From: the human T2T-CHM13v2.0 reference genome, Homo sapiens
Direction: 5' to 3' (one strand)
DNA: 64,000 nt
Assembly: GCF_009914755.1 (NCBI RefSeq)
Contig: NC_060937.1
Shown here: piece after piece, positions 34,951 through 49,584 of the stretch
How positions within the stretch are numbered: the stretch's first letter is position 1
How the letters are laid out: every line of letters begins with the position of its first letter
Position numbers and translations under genes: made by a program
The notes under the pieces: model-generated
Seen by the model: the letters and a program-made list of their open reading frames with translations, nothing else
Told to the model about the DNA's origin: nothing
Database searches by the model: none

Positions 34951-35382
34951 GTAAGATAAAAATTTACTGATCTTTACAATTACAGTGTAGTAGACAATTC
35001 GGAATTAATTTGAAACACATCACAACATAACTTGAGAAAATTTTCTTTGTATATGTAGTGGTAATAAATGTTTAAAGGCTGCAAGGATTGCATTATAAAA
35101 GCTGTTTGTTGGCTTTCTAAGTCTTTTATTCCTGTATTGGGAATAATCAGATTTTAGAAAATGGATATAAGCTGAAATGTATATTTAATGAAACTTTCTG
35201 CATGAAATGTTTTAGCATATTATTGTATGCATTTCCTGGTTGGAAGTTTACTGGGAGACTGAATGTAATATTAAAATTTGTTTATTGAATATAAAGCAAA
35301 AGGGATTAAATTCGCTTTTTAAATGTTATCAAGCTCTCTTGGTTTTGTGTGAGAACTCTTTAAGAGTAAACCCGAATGTACT

Positions 35383-35567
35383 CATATATGTATATATATA
35401 CACACATATATATACACACATATATATACACATATATATGCACACATATATACACACATATATGCACACATATATGCACACATATATATACACACATACA
35501 CATATATACACATATACACATATATACACACACACATATATATATAATATGTATACACTGTATATAT
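35383..35567. repeat. (TA)/(CA)/(CATATATACA) compound low-complexity repeat
   Basis: Direct reading; source of the spurious YIHT/VCVY ORFs. Confidence 0.92.
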
Positions 35568-36174
35568 TGGTCCTTTCTGCATACAGAAAATGGCAATAAA
35601 CCGGTTTCTCTAACATTATTACCTCTATAGTGCCTCGATACCATACTCCTTATCTCTTCTAGCGTATTGATACACAAAGTTTTGGGTATAGAATAAATCA
35701 TTTCTTGAGTTTTTTGTTTGGTTGGGTTTTTGTTTTTATGGATACATGTTCTTCAAATATGTTTCCTTTTGACCAGGTTTCTCAGAAACACATTCTTGGA
35801 GATTGTTTACATAGATAATTTTTTAAAACTCCCTTTTAAGAAAGATCTATTCACCTTTGTCTCAACAAAATCAACGAACGCTATTTGACTTTTCACTTAA
35901 ATAAAAAATCAGATATTCAGCAGATAGTCTGTCAGTGGCTGTCATGTGTAAAACTTTCTAGAATGGTAATTATATTTGACAGAATGCTACCTGGAGGGGA
36001 GTGTTAGGCCCCTACTACATTGTATCAGAAGGGACATTACTTAAGGCAGCTAAGGACATTGTAGCAAGGATGCAAAACTGGAGCCAAGGCTCACATAGAA
36101 AGCAATAATGTAAACAGCAAGATGTAACACCAGAGGAAAAGCTGCTGGAAAACAAGAATCAAAATTAGCCAACA

Positions 36175-36604
36175 TGGCTGGGCACAGTAGTGGATACCTA
36201 TAGTCTCAACTACTTGGGAGGCCAAGGTGGGAGGATTGCCTGAGCCCAGGAGTTTGAGTCCAGCCTGGGCAACATAGACCCCATCTCTTAAAATTAGTGG
36301 CCAGGCATGATGGTTCACGGCTGTAATCCCAACACGTTGGGAAGCCGAGGCGGGAGGATCGTTTGAGTCCAAGAGTTCAAGACCAGCCTGGGCAAGAGGG
36401 TGAGACCCCCCATCTCTGCAAAAAATAAAATTTTTAAAGTTTTTTTTTTGGTGGTAGACAGTTGTGGTCACAGCTATACGGGAAGCTGAAGTGGGAGAAT
36501 TGCTTGAGCTCTGGGGTTCAAGACTAGTGAGCCATGATTATGCCACTGAACTCCATCCTGAGTCAACAGAGCAACACCCTGTCTCAAAAAAAAAAAAAAA
36601 AAAA
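36175..36604 (+). mobile_element. Compound old Alu (monomer + AluJ)
   Basis: Three arms, TSD AAAATTAGCCAA. Confidence 0.82.
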
Positions 36605-36919
36605 ATTAGCCAAGAAAACTGAAAGCAGGATAGCTGAGTAATTCAGGACTCAGTTCTGGAACTAAGACTGTGAATTACACCTTCCCTAATCTTGATTGTG
36701 TTGGGTGGAACATAGCAAATGCTTAGGTAAATAATGGTCACTTAGTAATTTTTTGTAAATTTTTGAATGAATGAAGTATGTTGAGATGATCAACCTTAGC
36801 TCTTCAGAGATACATTTCATAGCATATGAAACAAAAATATAACCATAGACTTAAATGTAAGAGAAAAGGAGCAAGACTTAAGTAAAATTATGGAGGAAGT
36901 TTTAAAATATGAAATTCTA

Positions 36920-37575
<656 letters not shown>

Positions 37576-37762
37576 TGAGCCATCGTGCCCAGCCAAGACA
37601 GCCATTTTTCAATCTTAATTGTAAGTGGTCTGAGAAGCATGGTTTAAGAGCCACTCTTACTTTAAAATACAGTATGAAAATTTAATCGCGACTTGGATAC
37701 CTAGTTAATGTCAGAGAAAATAAAACTTACATGGATCTGCTTTCTTCATTAAAAAAATTAAG

Positions 37763-37832
37763 CCTATTGAAGAGATGCGACACACGATTGTAGATATTCT
37801 AACAATGAAGAGTCAAGAAAAAGCTAATTTAG
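37763..37832 (+). CDS. CKAP2: CKAP2 exon 7 (PIEEMRHTIVDILTMKSQEKANL-G)
   Basis: AAG acceptor, TAG|GTAAGT donor, 70 nt; needed to keep frame between exons 6 and 8. Confidence 0.93.
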
Positions 37833-37875
37833 GTAAGTTTTAGTTATTTTATTTCCTTCATGTGAACTGTAGTTT

Positions 37876-38583
37876 TTTTTTGTTGTTGTTTTTTAACTTT
37901 TATTTTAAGATCAGGAGTACGTGTGCAGGATGTGCAGGTTTGTTACAAAGGTAAATGTGTGTCATGGGGGTTTGTTGTACAGATTATTTTATCACCCAGG
38001 TATTAAGCCTAGTATCCATTATTTTTCCTGATCCTCTCCCTCCTCCAACCCATGTGCCCCAGTGTGTGTTGTTCTTTAGCTGTCCATGTGTTCTCATCAC
38101 TTAACTCCCACATGCAGTATTTAGTTTTCTGTTCCTGTGTTTGCGAAGGATAATGGCCTCCAGCTCCATCCATGTTCCTGCAAAGGACATGATCTCATTC
38201 CTTTTTATAGCTGCATAGTATTCCATGGTGTATATGTACATTTTCTTTATCCAGTCTATCATTGATGGGCATCTGGATTGATTCTATGTCTTTGCTATTG
38301 TGACTAGTGCTGCAATAAACATATGCGTGCATGGATCTTTATAATAGAATGATTTATATTCCTTTGGGTATATACCCAGTAATGGGATTACTGGATTGAA
38401 AGTATTTCTGTCTCTAGGTCTTTGAGGAATCGCCACACTGTCTTCCACAATGGTTGAACTAATTTATACTCCCACCAACAATGTAAACGCATTCCTTTTT
38501 CTCCACAACCCTGCCAGCATCTGCTATTTCTTTGGCCTTTTAAGGATAGCCATTCTGACTGGTGTGAGATGGTATTTCATTGT
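37876..38583 (-). mobile_element. 5'-truncated primate L1 (older L1PA-type) 3' end in CKAP2 intron 7
   Basis: L1 3' UTR/ORF2 end in antisense; TSD TGTGAA(C/T)TGTAGTTTT at 37861 and 38581. Confidence 0.88.
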
Positions 38584-39067
38584 GAATTGTAGTTTTATTG
38601 TTTCTTTGCTGAATTAGTTTTTCTTTTATCTTTTTAAATTTTTAAAATATGTAGGTTTCTTTCCTCATACTTCTGTTGACCTGCCTCTGAGATAAAGTGG
38701 CTTTATGTAGTATAAAGAATTTTTAATTAGGAGATCTGGCTCAATATTTAGATTTGTCACTGAATGTCTGTGAAAGTTGCATTGTCTCTCTAGGCTTTGT
38801 CTGCCTTAAAATGAGGCAGTTTGACTAGATATCCAGACTTTTCACCTGTTAAATTCTGTGATCTGTTGTGTTGGCTAGAAAAGCTCATTTAAGAATTCTC
38901 TTTGCTGGGGATAGTAGATGGAGATAAGAGATTCATTAGTTGCCAGTCATAAAAACATTTTAAGATTCAGATAAAGTTTATGCCAGTTGATATGATTTTA
39001 GGCAAAAAATACCCTCTTATCTGTAAAATACAGATTTTTTGGGACCATTGAATGAAATAATATTTAT

Positions 39068-39371
<304 letters not shown>

Positions 39372-39569
39372 TGAAATAATATTTATAAAGTATCATAGTC
39401 TATGACACATAGTAAAGTCATTAAACTGTAGTCATTAATATTAATTAACTTTAGAAAAATGGTTTTCAATTATTTGCTGTAACTGTATATTATACAGTCA
39501 ACAAATATTTGAGTGCATATTATATACCATCGCCTATATATCTAGTTATTTTCTTTTGATTAATTTTAA

Positions 39570-39896
<327 letters not shown>

Positions 39897-40362
39897 TGAA
39901 CTTTTAAAGTCTCCTGATACATGCTGCCAGATTGCTTTCCAGAACAGTATTAGTACCTTTTTAGTATGCAAAATTAATTTAAGATGTAGAGATCTAGGTT
40001 GAAGGGCTAAACCTTAAAAAAAAATCAAAGAGCATACTAAAGTTCTAAATTAAGTATGTTATGTAAGCTTTTGATTACATGTATTAACTGAAAAAAAAAA
40101 CTTGTTCATTGGGGTTAATATGCTAATGGCTGTGTTGGAGGTCATGCTTCTAATGGCAGCATGCTTAGTTCATCATGGATTATTTCAATTTATGGTGACT
40201 GCTAATATGTACCAAGGGAACATACAGAACATCTATATGATCTGATCTTACTAGTAGTATTTAGTGAAGGAGCTTGAGAAGGAGGGAGAGAAGGGAAAAC
40301 CGAGGAAAGATTAGTGTACCACAAACAAAAGGAGGAGAAAAGTTTAAGAATAACCCAGTCCT

Positions 40363-40686
<324 letters not shown>

Positions 40687-41049
40687 TCACAAAAGACAGC
40701 GACGTGGAAATTCAAATTTCATAAAAAGATCTCTCATAATTCTATTTCTGGAGATATGTGGAAAGATAAAAGCAGTATTCTGATTAAGTTGCTCTTCCTA
40801 TCTTATAGGATAGTACTAGTTGGTGTTTTCTAGCAGGTATCATTAGTCTTTAGATGGGGGAAGGAGGTATCCATAAACTCTTGGCTTTCTGAAATGTATA
40901 ATTGTAAGTTCTGGATATAAAACCAATTTCACAAATCAGTTATTTGTGAACAGCAAAAGAACATAAGTGGTCGAAGTAGTTCAGAAGAGGGTTAAAAAAA
41001 AAAAAAGGACAAATAATAAGAAACAAGCACCACGTGGGTGTTTCATAGC

Positions 41050-41870
41050 TACCTGAAACACAAATAGCCAAACTTGAACACATAATTTTCCCCTAAACCT
41101 GATTATTCTTTTAGTTCTCTGTCTTAATGAATGGCCTTGTTTGGTTGTCCAGGTCAGAATCTTGGTGTGATTGTTTACTCCTTCTTTCTTTCCCAGTTCC
41201 CAACCTTTTTTCCCCAGCTAATCAAATTCAGTTTAACTTCCTAAGTATTTCTTAAGATCTATCTACTTCACTCCATTCCTACTCTCCTTTGTATAGTCAA
41301 GATGACCTACACGCTTACCTAGACTATAACAGTGGTCTTCAAACTTAAGTTTCCTGCCTCTCTGCTCTTCATTCCAATCCATTCTCAACACTGCAACCAA
41401 AATGTTCTGTCACTCATCTGCATAAATTCCTGAGTCCAGCCTCTTCTCTTTCCCTCTCCCCTACATCCCTGAATTTCTCTTTCTTTTTTTCCATTTCCTG
41501 AAAGGTTTTTACTCTCTTTTCCCTCCAGGTCTCTCCAAGACAATCTTCTACTTTTTCTTAATTTCTGCTTATCCTTTAGACTTCAATTCAAATGTTAGTT
41601 CCTTGGAGTAGCCTTCCCTGATGATTTCCCTGATATACCATCCCCTCTCCTCTCAACCTAGGTTTAGTGCACCTGTTTTGTGCTCCCTGTTTTTTTCCCT
41701 ATGCAATATTTGATGCATTTGATTGTACTATGTAGTTGTTTGTCCTGTCTTTTGCATATGTAAACTCAGTAGATAAGGACAGTGTCTGATGTTCCTGACC
41801 ATTGAGTCTCCTGTGCTAATGCAATGCCTGACACATATTTGGCACTTAAATATTTGTTGAATTAATCTAT
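41050..41870 (+). mobile_element. L2 remnants
   Basis: Pyrimidine-rich, ending in L2-like 3' end TGCCTGACACATA...AAATATTTGTTGAATTAAT. Confidence 0.6.
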
Positions 41871-42248
41871 ATTCTTTTCTCTCCTTCAGCTTCCACTTAA
41901 AACTCAGTCACTATCATGCAACTAAAACTTCTCTTAGTAAAAATTTTTAATAATTTTCCTAATAATTAAATTCAGAGGTTTTTTTTTCCAGCTCAATGGA
42001 TTCACCAGGATGTCTCACAAGTATTTCCAGCCTAACATGTTTTATTTTGAACTCTTTGTCTGCCCTCACTGCTTTCCCATGCCCAGTATCCCTTTCCCAT
42101 ACCCAACATCCCTTTCTCCCAAAAAAGAAAAGAAAAAACTCTTCTCTGGCATTTATGACTCTTAAGAAATGTTGGATAAGACGCTCCTAATACATTTGCA
42201 CACTCATTCCTACACAGTCATGTATTCATTTGTTAATAAGTTCTGACT

Positions 42249-42553
<305 letters not shown>

Positions 42554-42716
42554 TCAGAAATATTTCTCAGATTGGACCCTTCCTTTCCTATCTGATCTCT
42601 TCCTAACTTACTTAGGCTATTACAACAACCTTGTCTTCTTGCCATCACAGATTGTTACTTTTCATTCTCTGCCATTCTAGACAGTCCTTTACATTGACCA
42701 AATTTAATTATGTCTG

Positions 42717-42830
42717 TCTCTGGTGAATTTTTTTTACCAAACTTCTTTCATATAAAGCTCATTACAATCTAGCTCTCTGGTGAATTTTTTTTACCAAACT
42801 TCTTTCATATAAAGCTCATTACAATCTAGC
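42717..42830. repeat. Perfect 57-bp tandem duplication
   Basis: 42717-42773 identical to 42774-42830. Confidence 0.95.
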
Positions 42831-43313
42831 TCTTGTTTACCTATCTAAGCTCAATACCTCCTGCTCCCACTCCTAACCTTGTTCCTTACCCTATATTCTA
42901 AACACACTGGCTCTTTAATGTTATGTTAATTTAATAGATCATTTTCTTTTATGTGCCATATGAAGGTTGTCTTCCTTGGTCTTGATCAAGTACTCATTTT
43001 TAAGACCCAGCCTAAATCTCGCTTGTGAAGCATTCCCTAACCATCTCCCTATACCACAGGCAAAGTTAGTTGTTTCTTTTTGTGGGTTTTAATAATCCTT
43101 TGTTCTTATTTCATATATAGCATTTATTTCATTTTATAATAGTATTTGTTATATAGTTGGCAGCAGTATTTGCTGAGGAAAAGGAATGGTTCAGAGATGG
43201 CAATCGTGTTCTTTTATTTTGAAAATGTGGCCAACTAGGAACAACTTTAATGTCTTCTGATTTTGTTCTTAAAATTCAGCCAAAAGCTTAATCTATAAAT
43301 GTATTTTCTATAG

Positions 43314-43569
43314 GAGAAAATATGGAGAAGTCTTGTGCAAGCAAGGAAGAAGTCAAAGAAGTCAGTATTGAAGATACAGGTGTTGATGTAGATCCAGAAA
43401 AACTGGAAATGGAGAGTAAACTTCATAGAAATTTGCTATTTCAAGATTGTGAAAAAGAGCAAGACAACAAAACAAAAGATCCAACCCATGATGTTAAAAC
43501 CCCCAATACAGAAACGAGGACAAGTTGCTTAATTAAATATAATGTGTCTACTACGCCATACTTGCAAAG
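43314..43569 (+). CDS. CKAP2: CKAP2 exon 8 (ENMEKSCASKEE...IKYNVSTTPYLQ-S)
   Basis: TAG acceptor, AAG|GTAAAC donor, 256 nt; ORF 43322..43573. Confidence 0.96.
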
Positions 43570-43687
43570 GTAAACTTTTAAAATGTACCATGATTTGTTT
43601 TCATGCTTGGAGATAATAAATAACGGCATTTAAAAATCTTTGAGATAGCTTCAGATTACAGCTACCATTTATTAATATAGAAATTTC

Positions 43688-43990
43688 AGTACGGGCATGG
43701 TGGCTCACGCCTGTAATTTCAGCACTTTGGGAGGCCGAAGCAGACAGATCACTTGAGCCCAGGAGTTCAAGACTATCCTGGGCAACATGGCAAAACCCCA
43801 TCTCTACAAAAAATAAAAAAAATTTTGGCTGGGCAAGGTGCTGTGTGCCTGTAGTCCCAGCTACCTGGGAGGCTGAGGTGAGAGGATCACTTGAGCCCAG
43901 GAGGCAGAGGTTGCAGTGAGCCAAGATCATGCCACTGTCCTCCAGCCTGGATGACAGAGCGAGACCCTGTCTCAAAACAAAAAAGAAAAC
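43688..43990 (+). mobile_element. AluJ
   Basis: Diverged dimer. Confidence 0.87.
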
Positions 43991-44379
43991 AGAAAAGTTT
44001 TTAAACAAATAGAATGTCATTAGAACATTTCACCTCTTAAATACTGTATTTACTTTCCCTAACTATTGCCATTTTGAAAAAGAAAACTTTTATTTGAATT
44101 TACTTTAATCTGTGTGTTATTAATAACAGTAGGTTTTGGCTTTCAGGAATTAGCCAGTTCTACAGATACTCAGGTATCTACTGTATACAAGTTGTAATGA
44201 CAAATTGAGAAAAGGATAAGTTTCTCACTTCGGTGAGCTTATAGTACCTCTCTAAAAGACAATTAAATGCTTTTACCTGCTTATAACATACAAGCTATAT
44301 AGTATGGTACATATCATGAAAGTACAGAGTAAAAATGTTAACATGTTTTTGAACTCTGGAATATTGTTTTAATTTTCAG

Positions 44380-44626
44380 TGTGAAAAAAAAGGTGCAGTT
44401 TGATGGAACAAATTCCGCATTTAAAGAGCTGAAGTTTTTAACACCAGTGAGACGTTCTCGACGTCTTCAAGAGAAAACTTCTAAATTGCCAGATATGTTA
44501 AAAGATCATTATCCTTGTGTGTCTTCATTGGAACAGCTAACGGAGTTGGGAAGAGAAACTGATGCTTTTGTATGCCGCCCTAATGCAGCACTGTGCCGGG
44601 TGTACTATGAGGCTGATACAACATAA
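44380..44626 (+). CDS. CKAP2: CKAP2 last coding exon (VKKKVQFDG...LKFLTPVRRSRRL...EADTT*)
   Basis: TTTTCAG acceptor, TAA at 44624-44626; exons sum to 2052 nt = 683 aa + stop; TPVR CDK consensus site. Confidence 0.97.
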
Positions 44627-44630
44627 GAGA

Positions 44631-44636
44631 AATAAA
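44631..44636 (+). terminator. Proximal poly(A) signal AATAAA of CKAP2
   Basis: AATAAA 4 nt after stop, TGTA upstream at 44601, GT/T-rich tract at ~44652-44685. Confidence 0.65.
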
Positions 44637-45646
44637 GCTCTGTTAGGGAATGGGGTTTTTATTATTTGTGGGGTGTTTTGTTTTGAGTAGCTTTATATTG
44701 CTCTTAGGTCTGGAGTTGGCCATGTACCTATGTATCCTAAGCATTCACGGCAGTGAGCTCCTTTACTAACATTCATGTTATGGCAAGAGTTGTCCTCTAC
44801 ATTGGAAAGCTAATCCTACCTTGTCAGTTTCAACCAACTGAGTTTTTTCTTTAAGAAAGGTAAATTTTGTCAGCTAGTTTACTATGTTCCTTGAATATAA
44901 ACAGGTTATAATACTACCCTGTTCACTTTACTAAATATAAGTACAGTAATGATGCATAATTAGAAAATGAGGTATTCTAGGTAAAATGTATGTTTGCCTT
45001 GACATGTTTTTAAAAGTTATGATGTACCTCCCTGCCTTTAAACAGAATACTTTTTTCTTTTTTTTGGCCTTTCTCAGATTAGTCAAAAATTCTATAGAAT
45101 GACTCACTTCGAATACTAAGACACAGGAGGTTTAGCCTGCTTTCTTACCAAATTCATGTTACCCAGACTTGTGTTCTCTTGCGTCCCTTGGACTGCCTGT
45201 TGATTGATGGAAAGTGTCTGCACTGACACTTTTCGTCAGTAGTCTGTAGTTTCGTGGCCTCTTTTGATTATAACTGGGGTCACCAAGAAGGTTTACTTAA
45301 TTAAATACCGCATTTCTAAGAGAAGATACTTTGTGTAAGAAAAGATGCCACATTTAGTGGTTTAACTTTTGTAACTTCACTTGATAGTTTTTAAGCAATT
45401 AGAATGGAGTTAGGGAAAGAACATATCATACTGAACAAATGTCATTCTAGTTTAGATAGCATTTCTAAGATAACTGATACTAATACTTGTTTTCTTCCCT
45501 ATAACATAAAAAACTTCACTGTTAAGTCATGTCCCTTGAAACATGATAGTTACATACACAGTTTTCTCTCCACACATAAATAACACCACTAAAGTTGTTT
45601 TGTAAGGTTCCAAACTAATATGGCATATATCAACTCTACAGTTTCA

Positions 45647-46095
45647 AATAAATGACTTTTTAATTGTAAAAGATTAGTTGAAAAACTGTATGAATGTGAA
45701 GATCACATGCTTAGTCATTTTTATGTTCATTCCACTTTGTATATCTTTTCTATTTATTGACTTCTCATGTTCTAGAGAGTAGGACTTTTATTCCGTGTAC
45801 CTGATATATATACAATTAAAATATCTGTGTAATTATGTTTTAATGAAGTTTATTTCAACAGATATTTTATGAAATGCAGTTTAACCACAGTGAATGAATT
45901 TTAGCTTTGCTTTTGAAATACATTGTAAGATTTGACTTGAGGTTTTTGACACTTAAGTACATGCTTAATGATATATTTTCAAAAGTCATCAGTCTACTTA
46001 CATAAACTTTACCTAATTTTTTTCACTTTAACAAAAACATAACTATGCCCTTGTTTTTTCATACTTTGACCCAAAATATGCCATTTTGAAATAAA
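45647..46095 (+). terminator. Candidate distal CKAP2 poly(A) signals (AATAAA 45647, ATTAAA 45815, AATAAA 46090)
   Basis: Hexamers at the end of an AT-rich, repeat-free stretch consistent with a 3' UTR; which is used cannot be determined. Confidence 0.5.
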
Positions 46096-46371
46096 ATTTA
46101 AGCTTTGATACACTCTCAGCTTTTTAATATCTGTACCATATAATTCATTTGTCTGTATAGCAGAGTTTGAAATGCCTCTGTTAGAGAACTCAAGATACAA
46201 CTTTTATGTTTGGACAAGTTTTTAAGAGTGTTTTTTTTCCTCCTTTACCTGAGGGGAAAATCTGTCTCTAAATATTCCTAGTTCTAACATTCAACCAGAG
46301 GTCTAACCCCTTTTCTGGTGCTTAAGGACAGCTATGTTATCTCTCCCCTAGGTTTGTTCCAAGCTAAATGA

Positions 46372-46696
46372 TGTGATACCGTGCATAAGCATCCAGTAGA
46401 GACATAACAGGGACCCCTCTTAAGGGCCCGCTTGGATCTTCCCGTGTATAGTAATAAAGGAAAAATCTTGAGTCTCTTCAAGGGAAATTCCAGGTAGCTA
46501 CCTAGCTAGCCTCAAAAAAGTAAATTGAACATCCTGGAATAAGGAAAAAAATGTTTCGTTTCCTATAGTAATGAAAGAACATCTTGACGCTGAATTTTTT
46601 GGAAACCCAGATCCATACCAGATAAAAATGCCAACCACTGTCAAGTGGACCTCAGGTAAGGGGAAACAGGACTGAACTCTAAACCACCATTCTTGT
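46372..46696. mobile_element. Truncated ERV1-type LTR fragment (family uncertain)
   Basis: TGT start; GGGAAATTCCAGG...CCTAGCTAGCC and GGACTGAACTCT motifs resemble MER-class LTRs. Confidence 0.4.
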
Positions 46697-47596
46697 CCGT
46701 CTCGGCCTCCCGAAGTGCTGGGATTACAGGCGTGAGCCACCGCACCCGGCCACAGGACTGTTGGTAACACTAAATGAGACAGTGTAAGTAAAGGGCCCCA
46801 TGAGTGGCCCACCATCCTCTGAGCTTCCAATGCTATGTGGCCAACATTTTGTTTATTCCTAGATTCAACTTCCCTTTGCATTGTGACATTAGCTTTTTTG
46901 ATAAATTCTACATATGTGTTTGTTTATTGTCTGTATCCCAACCAGTCAAAACCACCATGATATGCCTGTACTTGCTCTATTGAGAATAGATGTTCTTTCT
47001 TTCCAATTTATAGCAAAGATGGAGTCAGTGTAGGGGGTGAGTTGGTAACACCTGTTTCACAACTCTAGGGAGCAATATTCTCACGGACAAGAGTGAAAGA
47101 TGGCCTCTGAGAGACTGTGCAACTTCACATCCTGGCTTTGTATCCTCCAACCTACACACCTATCTGTTTCTAAGCCTTTTTTTCCTACTTTTTCTTTACC
47201 TCTTCTACCTGTGCTTAGGAACTCATGCTTTCCCTTTAGCATCAAGCTTCTTGGAGAAGGAGAAGTTATCTACTCCATTGCTCCTCTTTTATTAGCAATT
47301 TTCTTCCTCTTTTCCATTCACTCTTCAATTAATTGCAGTCTAGCTTTTGCTTTCCCTAGATTGAAACACATTCCAGAAAAATCAGTTTAATTACATGGCC
47401 TTTGCACTTGCTCACTGAAACCTTTTATCACTCTATTACATTAGATTCATACCTCTCCCAACCCTAATTCCATATCCTCCTTACCTGATTTATTTTTCCT
47501 CAGAGCACTTATTCAATTAAATATTCACGTATTTATTTGCTCATTGTCTGTGTTCCCGACTAGAATCTAATCCTAGAGGGCAGGGATTTTCATTCC

Positions 47597-47890
47597 TTTT
47601 TCTTTTTTTGATATGCAATCTTGCTCTGTGGCCCAGGTTGGAGTGCAGTGGCATGATCTCGGCTCACTGCAAGCTCTGCCTCCCGGGTTCACGCCATTCT
47701 CCTGCCTCAGCCTCCTGAGTAGCTGGGACTACAGGCACCCACCACCATACCCGGCTAATTTTGGGTATTTTTAGCAGAGACGTGGTTTCACCGTGTTATC
47801 CAGGATGGTCTCGATCTCTTGAACTCATGATCTGCCCGCCTCGGTCTCCCAAAGTGCTGAGATTACAGGCGTGAGCCACCGCGCCCGGCC
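47597..47890 (-). mobile_element. AluY inserted in an L2 remnant
   Basis: Reverse Alu; L2-like flanks. Confidence 0.9.
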
Positions 47891-49584
47891 AGGATTTTTA
47901 TTTTCTATTTTGTTCACTGCTTTATCCCCAGTGCCTTGAATAGGAGATGCACCTAATGGGTGCTTCATGCATATTCACTGACTTGGACAAATAAATGCAT
48001 TTTCTTATCTCCAGATTCATTGTGTCCTTTTCCATGTCCTCCTTGACTTCTCAGGGACACTTGACACTTGCTTCTGTGAACTTCCATGACCACACTCTCT
48101 CTTGGGTTCCTCCTGTTTTCATACCACTTTCTTATTTCCCTTTGCCAGCTTCTTTTCTTCTTACTCTTAAATATTGGCCATTCTGGTGTTGTCCTTGTTA
48201 TCTTTCTCTTCCTACTCTATGCTTTTCCAGACAAGCTTATCTACACTTGGGGATTCGAATACCATCCACAAGATGAGAATTCTCAAGCATATATTTCCAG
48301 CTCTTGACTTTGCTCCTTCCATCATTGAAATGGCCCTCCCATGTTGAATCCCAACACACTTTTTTCCTCCCCAAACTGCTCTGTATTTAGGTTAAGCACC
48401 AACACACAACTGATTCCCCAAGTCAGAAACTTAAGAGTCACCTTGAACTTCTTCCTTTCACCAGCACTCTGAAGCAGTAGGACATCAAACTGTCCGTGTT
48501 ATCCTGGCTCGCTCTATACCCATTGCACCGCCTTATCATTTCTTGCTTGTCCTGTTTCATTAATTTTCTAAAATTCCCTTGCCTCCTTGTCTTGCCTTCC
48601 TCTAATTCATCCCACACGTGGCAGCCAGAGCGTTCATTTAAAAATGCCAACCTGTTCATGCTTCTCCCCTTAAAGAGTCCCCATTTTTGTGATTCTCAGC
48701 TGTCTGCAGAAATCATCCAAACTTCTTGGCACAGTATGGAAGGCCCTTCAAGATCTGTCACATCTTTTACCCTGACACAAATATTCTGCATATGGTATGG
48801 ACTACTTATAATTCTTTAAAGAAGCCACACTCGTTCTTATCTCCTCTGTACATGCTGTTCCCAGTGTACTTTGTACATGCTGTTCCCAATGCAGAGATGC
48901 TGTTCCATGCTTTGTCTATCTGGTGAGCTCCTACTCAGGTCTTCCCTGATATCCCCAGGCAGAAACAGAAGCTTCCTCTGTGTCCTCTCCTACAAGTACC
49001 TCATTACAGCACTGATTGCATTTGCAGGAATTGGTTTTCACATGTCTCTCTTCCTCAAGCATCTGTGAGCCCCAGGAGGGAATAAACTTCATTCTAACCA
49101 TCTTCTTGAACTTTTTTCTTGGCACAGAATTTTTATTCTGGTTTATTAAGTTGAACAATAAAAATACTACTCTTCATCATTACCTCACATTTAACATGAA
49201 ATTCTCATTTAACATGTTCCTAAGACACTTTCTCGGTGGCCCAGGATTGGGCGGTTGCTATTCAGTGCAGAAAGGGAGATGCCATCTAAGTGTGGTGGCA
49301 GAGTGTAGCTTGTCACCCACCAAGAAGCCCGAGTTATTGTCTCTTGGCCTCTATGGACTTTATGAGGCGTTTAATCCTTCAGGCTTCAGTTTCCTTAACT
49401 AAAATGAGGAGAGGAATAACCTGAGTTCTGAGATTAAACAGAAAAGTGGAACTAAAGTATCAGCCATACTCTGCTTTGGCAACCAATTTATAAACTTTAC
49501 CATCCTAAAATAAGCTCTGTGTTTTTTGTGCAATTATAATTTTGTATATTCATTTAATGTGTACCGGAGTTGTAGGCAGTCATT

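Noticed and set aside
35240-35701. Tyr/His/Ile/Thr- and Val/Cys-rich ORFs (also 13116..13451)
   Set aside because: Translations of TA/CA low-complexity repeat
42717-42830. CRISPR-like or regulatory array
   Set aside because: Two adjacent copies with no spacers in a human intron; no repeat-spacer array seen anywhere in the window
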